Source of the DNA: Promethearchaeia archaeon
GTDB lineage: Archaea > Asgardarchaeota > Lokiarchaeia > Sigyniarchaeales > SOKP01
Assembly: GCA_029856105.1 (NCBI GenBank)
Contig: JAHQWH010000224.1
Span: 1 to 64,000 of the forward strand
Length of the DNA: 64,000 nt
Direction of reading: 5' to 3'
How positions within the stretch are numbered: the stretch's first letter is position 1; the number at the start of each line of letters is the position of its first letter. Below the pieces are notes generated by a model. It was not told where the DNA came from, ran no database searches, and worked only from the letters and a program-made list of their open reading frames with translations. A program made the position numbers and the translations under genes. Positions 58,871-64,000 of this stretch are shown here, one piece after another.

Positions 58871-60664
58871 TTATTGTAAATTAAAGTACAGATTCGCTAA
58901 TTTTTTAGAAACAATGCTCCATGTAAAATTCGTCTTAACCCTTTTGTAGCAATTCTCCTTAATTTTCAGAAAATAATATGGATCTAATAAAACATGTGAT
59001 TTAATGATTTCGTCTGGTATCTGGTTAATGATATTTAGAATATCAATATCATAGATTGTTTTATTTTCAGAATTCTTCATAAGTTGCGCAACTTCTGACG
59101 CTTTAAAGAGGGATATTAAAGCATTTGCAAATTGTTGGTGGTTGTCTTTTTCTATTAGAATACCAGTACCTATTTCGGGAAAAGTTTTTACATCAATAAT
59201 AGTTTCTTGCAAGCCTCCAACTTTACTTGCAATGATGGGCATTTTAGATGCCATAGCTTCTAATGCCATAATACCAAATGGTTCCCATCGAGATAAAGCA
59301 CAATAAACATCGGCAGATATATGTGCCAGATAAAAAATATCGGAAGCTACTCCGAAAATTATGCGTATGTTTTCAGGATATTGTTTAACATAGTGAGCAT
59401 ATGTTTTAATTTCATTTAAGCTATAATCAGTTGGTAATATGAGAAAAAGGAATTTAGCATTAGGAACTGCCTTTAAGACCTCTGGAATTGCTTCAAAAAT
59501 AATTTCAAAACCTTTTTGAGGAGAAACCCTTCCTGTCGTAAGAACTAACGGGCCTGATTCTGAAAAGGCTTTAATATTACCGTTTTTAATAAAGGGATTT
59601 CCGTTTGATATTTCGTTTATTGTATCCAAAACGGATTTAGAATTAATTAATGGGCTTTGGCTGAGATTACCTATTTTATACTCTAAAAGGAACTTTTTCA
59701 TATTGATATTTGTAACCTCAGTTTCTTCTGAGAGATTTAGGAATTCGCGAATTTCTTTTCCATGAATTGCTACTACTCTTTTATAAATCTCATAATAATC
59801 CCAATCGCATCCATCCCAAACAAAATCAGCCTTGAACTCTATTAATTTTTTGCCACAATTTGGAATAATATCTGATATTAAATATGATTGACTTACTGTA
59901 GTAACCACATCTGATATAATAGCCCCAATCTTTTCAACTGTGGGTACTGTAGACTCAAGACCCGATCCGTTAAATTCCTTAGATAGTCTAAATATTTCTT
60001 TCAAATTTAACATTTTAAACCCTTCATTCAACAAGACTCTAATAGGCGTTTCGTCTATTCCACTTGCTCTATAAAAGTCGTATTCGAACCTCGGCCAAGT
60101 TAATAAGTGTATAGTTAATATTGAAGCAACTTTTAAACTATTTTTTGCTAAGATCTGTTTCATTCCAATGTAAGGCAAAACAACGTGGTAATCGTGCATA
60201 TGAACGACTTCAGGCAATTTATTCCTGTTATTTTCTAAAAAGAATTCTACTAAACATTGAATCCCAATGCTAAAAAGAGATATTTTACCATTTATTGTTT
60301 CTGGATTATAAACCGTCTTATCATCCAAATACTTTGATGTGAAAGAATTTTCTCCAGAAACTAAAACGATGTTCACATTTTCCATTTTAAATTTGTAAAA
60401 TGTAATATAATAGCTAGCTTCCTGCTCTTTTATTCCGATAAAAGAAGGATTAATTTGACCAACACAACTGAATGGTAATTTTTCCAATTTATATTTGTTT
60501 TTGAGATTTTCAAGTTGCCCATGGGACGGCATAAATACAGTTATATCGAACTGTTCAACTAAATGTTTTGCTTGGTTTGCAGGTACCTCCCCAAGTCCTC
60601 CTACTTTAGCTACACCAGCGTACTCAAATGAAAAAATCCATACTTTTTTCTTATTTTCTATCAA
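58871..60664 (-). CDS. glgA: Glycogen/starch synthase (GT5)
   Basis: KVGGLGEV, H.HD.H, TIH, TTVS..Y, GR...QKG, SRWEPFGI..LEAM. Confidence 0.88.
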   Translation of the reverse strand: MIENKKKVWIFSFEYAGVAKVGGLGEVPANQAKHLVEQFDITVFMPSHGQLENLKNKYKLEKLPFSCVGQINPSFIGIKEQEASYYITFYKFKMENVNIVLVSGENSFTSKYLDDKTVYNPETINGKISLFSIGIQCLVEFFLENNRNKLPEVVHMHDYHVVLPYIGMKQILAKNSLKVASILTIHLLTWPRFEYDFYRASGIDETPIRVLLNEGFKMLNLKEIFRLSKEFNGSGLESTVPTVEKIGAIISDVVTTVSQSYLISDIIPNCGKKLIEFKADFVWDGCDWDYYEIYKRVVAIHGKEIREFLNLSEETEVTNINMKKFLLEYKIGNLSQSPLINSKSVLDTINEISNGNPFIKNGNIKAFSESGPLVLTTGRVSPQKGFEIIFEAIPEVLKAVPNAKFLFLILPTDYSLNEIKTYAHYVKQYPENIRIIFGVASDIFYLAHISADVYCALSRWEPFGIMALEAMASKMPIIASKVGGLQETIIDVKTFPEIGTGILIEKDNHQQFANALISLFKASEVAQLMKNSENKTIYDIDILNIINQIPDEIIKSHVLLDPYYFLKIKENCYKRVKTNFTWSIVSKKLANLYFNLQ

Positions 60665-60827
60665 ATTAGCTTATTTTTTAAAGAACTTAATTTTCTGGAA
60701 AAAAGCTCAAGACTTATTTAATTATTAATATTTATTTAAAGACTTAAAATATTACTTTTATTAAAGTTTAATTAAATTTACCTATTGTTTGGGGCTATCT
60801 CGGTAAAAATAAAATATTTTTATTAAT

Positions 60828-62477
60828 TTATTTATCGCTTTTATGTTTTAAAATTTGACCGTTTAAAGCTCCAGTATGGATGCCCTTTTTAACGGCTATT
60901 TTACCATTTACGATAACATAGTCAATTCCTTCAGGAAATTGGCGCCCATTTTTGTATGTAGATTTATCTTCTATTTTTTCAAAATCAAATATTACTATAT
61001 CAGCTTTTTTATTTTCTTTAATTTCGCCGCGATCACTTAATCCCAATATGGTCGCCGGTAAAGAAGTCATCTTCTTAATTGCTTTTTCTAAAGATACTAT
61101 GTTTTTTTCCCTTACATATTTAGATAAGATTTTAGGAAATGTCCCGTACGATCGCGGGTGAGTATTTGCGTCTTTAACCAAAAAACCGTCAGAACCTACG
61201 CATACAAAATCTTGTTTAAAAAGGGAATAAATGCTTTTTGCTTCGCTCATCATTCTCATAGAAACCATTATTCCCCCTTCTTCATCTCTTACAAAATCTA
61301 ATAAACCATCAATAAATTTTCTTTTCGGATATAAAATTTCGATAGCGCGCCCTAAAAATTCTCCCTCTATTTTATGATTATGCGTTACACTAATTATTCT
61401 CACTGATTTTTCAAAAAACCTTAAGAGAAATTGTCGTAAAATAATTTTAGGGATAATTCCTATTGCTTTAGGAGCGCTTGACAAAAAATTAGCTGATATT
61501 AAAGTAAATATTTCATTAATAATTTTTTTTCTTTTTTCTAAATCAGTGAGATTTTCTTTAAAATTATCGTAGACCCAAGGCTGAAGTAGGACATAGGATA
61601 GACTTGTAGAACTTTCTTCGTAAGGATATAAATCGGCATGGATTTTTAACCCCTGTTCTCTAGCTTCTTTCACTAAATTTATCATGTCTGAAGTTAATTT
61701 CCAAGCAAAGCTACTTCCAGCTTTCCAATGAGAAATTTGTGCTTGAACATTTGCTTCTCTGGCAATTTTTATTAATTCAGTCATACCTATTTTGATTACA
61801 TCTCCTCCTTCGTTTCTCATATGCGAATCGTAAATACCCTTATATTGAGCTACAACTTTGCATAATTCAATTATTTCTTCTGTAGATGTTATAGAGCCTG
61901 GAGGGTAAATTAAACCCGTAGTTAAACCAAACGCTCCAGCTTTCATCCCTTCTTCTACGCTTTTTTTCATCCCTTCGATTTCCCTTTCGTTTGCAGGTCG
62001 CCTTTCAGAACCCAAAACTAAAAACCTAACGTTTCCATGCGGGATAAAAAAAGCAAGATTAATAGAAACCCCTTTTTTAACGATCGCATCCATATATTCT
62101 TGAATTGTATCATATAATATATCAGAGGACCCAAAAATGTTTTTAACGAAATTACGGTAATATTCTCTTACTTTTTCGTTAGCGGGAGCAAGGCCTATTC
62201 CGCACATCCCAACTACGAGAGTCGTTACACCCTGCATTATGGACGCTTCTGCTTTATTTATCTCCAGAATTGAAAGGTCTCCGTGATGATGCATGTCAAT
62301 AAAACCGGGGGCAACAATTTTATTTGAAGCGTCAATTATTTCTGTTCCAGCTGCATCAATGTTCTGTTTGATTTGAACAACCTTATCCCCTTCAATTAAA
62401 ATATCCGATATAAAGCCTTGTGAACCGGTACCATCAAAAATCAGTCCATTTTTAATTAATAATCCCACTAATATCAA
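60828..62477 (-). CDS. N-acyl-D-amino-acid deacylase (amidohydrolase)
   Basis: PGFIDMHHH.D, QGVTT...G.CG, SHMRNE, ISH.K, GSDG, HPR.YGTFP, RG......ADIV.FD. Confidence 0.9.
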   Translation of the reverse strand: MILVGLLIKNGLIFDGTGSQGFISDILIEGDKVVQIKQNIDAAGTEIIDASNKIVAPGFIDMHHHGDLSILEINKAEASIMQGVTTLVVGMCGIGLAPANEKVREYYRNFVKNIFGSSDILYDTIQEYMDAIVKKGVSINLAFFIPHGNVRFLVLGSERRPANEREIEGMKKSVEEGMKAGAFGLTTGLIYPPGSITSTEEIIELCKVVAQYKGIYDSHMRNEGGDVIKIGMTELIKIAREANVQAQISHWKAGSSFAWKLTSDMINLVKEAREQGLKIHADLYPYEESSTSLSYVLLQPWVYDNFKENLTDLEKRKKIINEIFTLISANFLSSAPKAIGIIPKIILRQFLLRFFEKSVRIISVTHNHKIEGEFLGRAIEILYPKRKFIDGLLDFVRDEEGGIMVSMRMMSEAKSIYSLFKQDFVCVGSDGFLVKDANTHPRSYGTFPKILSKYVREKNIVSLEKAIKKMTSLPATILGLSDRGEIKENKKADIVIFDFEKIEDKSTYKNGRQFPEGIDYVIVNGKIAVKKGIHTGALNGQILKHKSDK

Positions 62478-62620
62478 CCATAATTAATTTTCGAGTTCTT
62501 CTTATTTGATAAAATTAACAATTTCATTTTAACTATAATTATTAAATTAAATAATTAAAATTTTTATTGAGTTATTCTTATAGAATTAAATAAATAAACG
62601 AAAATTTAGAAAAAGAAATT

Positions 62621-63823
62621 ATGTGCGATACATTAGTAGCATTAGGAAATTCAACTAAAGATGGAAATGTAGTTTTTGGAAAAAATAGCGATAGACAACA
62701 ATCTGAAGCTCAATTAATAACATACGCTCCACGAAAAAAATACTCTCTTGGAGAGGAAGTAAAATGTACTCATATTGTAATTCCCCAAGTGCCAGAAACA
62801 GCATCGATAATTTTAAGTCAACCATATTGGATGTGGGGAGCTGAAATGGGTACTAATGAGTATGGAGTTGTTATTGGTAATGAAGCGGTTGCTTCAAAAG
62901 AACCTTTAAATGAAAACGGACTTCTTGGAATGGATCTTATAAGATTAGGACTTGAACGGGGAAAAACAGCAAAAGCAGCATTAGAAATAATTATAGAACT
63001 ACTTGAGAAGTATGGACAAGGAGGAGCTCACACATTAAAAGGGAGTAATAATAGTAATTCCATGATTATAGCGGATGAAAAAGAAGCTTATGTGTTAGAG
63101 GCAGTTGGAGATTGGTGGATTGTTGAGATTGTTAAAAATTATCGATCAATTTCTAATCACATCTCAATTAGAGGTAAAGGAGATATTAGAAAAAAGGGTA
63201 TAATAACACATGCTATTGAAAAAGGGTATTGTAAGGATGATAATGATTTTGATTTTAAAATGAACTTTTCTCGAGTTTCTTTACCAGATAAATGGCCACT
63301 TACATCTAGAGATGGATGTTCATTGAATCAATTGTCTACAAATAAGGGTAAAATTACGCCAGCCCTAATGATGGAATTCTTAAGAGAACATGAAGTTGGT
63401 ATTTGTATGCATGGTCGTGCTGATCGATCAGTAGGGTCTCAAGTTTCCCATTTAAGAAAAGGAAAGAAATCAATACATTGGTTTACTGGGAATACGATCC
63501 CGTGCTTAGGTATATTTAAACCCTACACTTTCCCTTATGAAGGAAAAAAATTTACTAAGCCAGGACCTTATTCTGAAATTAATCCTGATTGGTTTTGGAC
63601 TCGTCATGATAAATTCGTGGAAAAAATTGCTCGAAGGCCAAAAAATGATAATTCTGAAAGAAATATATACTATGGAAAAATAAGAACCGTAGAAAACGAA
63701 ATATTGAGACGTACGGAGGAGATTATTAATACAAAAAACGATATCTCAGAAAACGAATTTAATAAGTTGATAAGAGAAGTTAATAATTATGCGTGGGATA
63801 AATCAGAAGAACTGGTTAGTTGA
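62621..63823 (+). CDS. C69 family dipeptidase (secernin-like Ntn hydrolase)
   Basis: N-terminal MCDT nucleophile, KNSDR, WMWGAEMG.NE.GV.IGNEA, GMDL.RLGLER, CMHG. Confidence 0.92.
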   Translation: MCDTLVALGNSTKDGNVVFGKNSDRQQSEAQLITYAPRKKYSLGEEVKCTHIVIPQVPETASIILSQPYWMWGAEMGTNEYGVVIGNEAVASKEPLNENGLLGMDLIRLGLERGKTAKAALEIIIELLEKYGQGGAHTLKGSNNSNSMIIADEKEAYVLEAVGDWWIVEIVKNYRSISNHISIRGKGDIRKKGIITHAIEKGYCKDDNDFDFKMNFSRVSLPDKWPLTSRDGCSLNQLSTNKGKITPALMMEFLREHEVGICMHGRADRSVGSQVSHLRKGKKSIHWFTGNTIPCLGIFKPYTFPYEGKKFTKPGPYSEINPDWFWTRHDKFVEKIARRPKNDNSERNIYYGKIRTVENEILRRTEEIINTKNDISENEFNKLIREVNNYAWDKSEELVS

Positions 63824-64000
63824 ATGTGTGATACTCTCGTTGCTTTAGGAAATTCAACTGAAGACAGACATGTTATTTTTGGTAAGAATTCGGATCGTCC
63901 ATTTAATGAAGTGCAATTAATAACTCATTCTCCAAGAACGAAACATGAAAAAGGAGATTCATTGAAATGCACTTATTTAGATATACCTCAGGTTTCTGAA
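63824..64000 (+). CDS. Second C69 family dipeptidase paralog (cut by the window end)
   Basis: MCDTLVALGNSTEDRHVIFGKNSDRPFNEVQ... starts immediately after the previous stop. Confidence 0.88.
   Translation, partial: MCDTLVALGNSTEDRHVIFGKNSDRPFNEVQLITHSPRTKHEKGDSLKCTYLDIPQVSE

Noticed and set aside
1-64000. rRNA, tRNA, IS elements
   Set aside because: No GC-rich structured segment, cloverleaf, transposase motif or terminal inverted repeat was recognised; a covariance-model scan would be needed to exclude small RNAs

Overview
AT-rich archaeal chromosomal window, most consistent with an Asgard archaeon (Lokiarchaeia-like). The basis is H4MPT C1 genes (ftr, mtd, an MtdB-like enzyme, mch), a glycine cleavage operon, and eukaryote-signature genes (RagA-like and Rab-like GTPases, roadblock, a longin/uDENN-like protein, presenilin, CDC48). 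Two regions stand out. (1) 6.7-18.8 kb holds a candidate H2-sensing regulatory system. A winged-helix DNA-binding domain is fused in frame to a degenerate HdrA-MvhD and co-transcribed with an Mvh-type [NiFe]-hydrogenase. The large subunit carries both hallmarks of bacterial sensory hydrogenases: His-to-Gln after the first CxxC, and no cleavable C-terminal extension. The unit sits divergently from an operon (two paralogous unknown proteins, MtdB-like, CDC48, a third mini-paralog) whose two promoters share a TTGATAA-N6-TTATCAA palindrome. (2) About 25.1-42.0 kb is a defence island with a short Argonaute plus HNH-APAZ pair, a nuclease with four 98-aa HTH-like repeats, Type III and Type II-like RM systems with a wHTH controller, and a HEPN/membrane cassette. 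At least three genes appear to start at ATA codons. No rRNA, tRNA, CRISPR array or integrase was recognised. All calls come from reading motifs by eye; no database searches were run.
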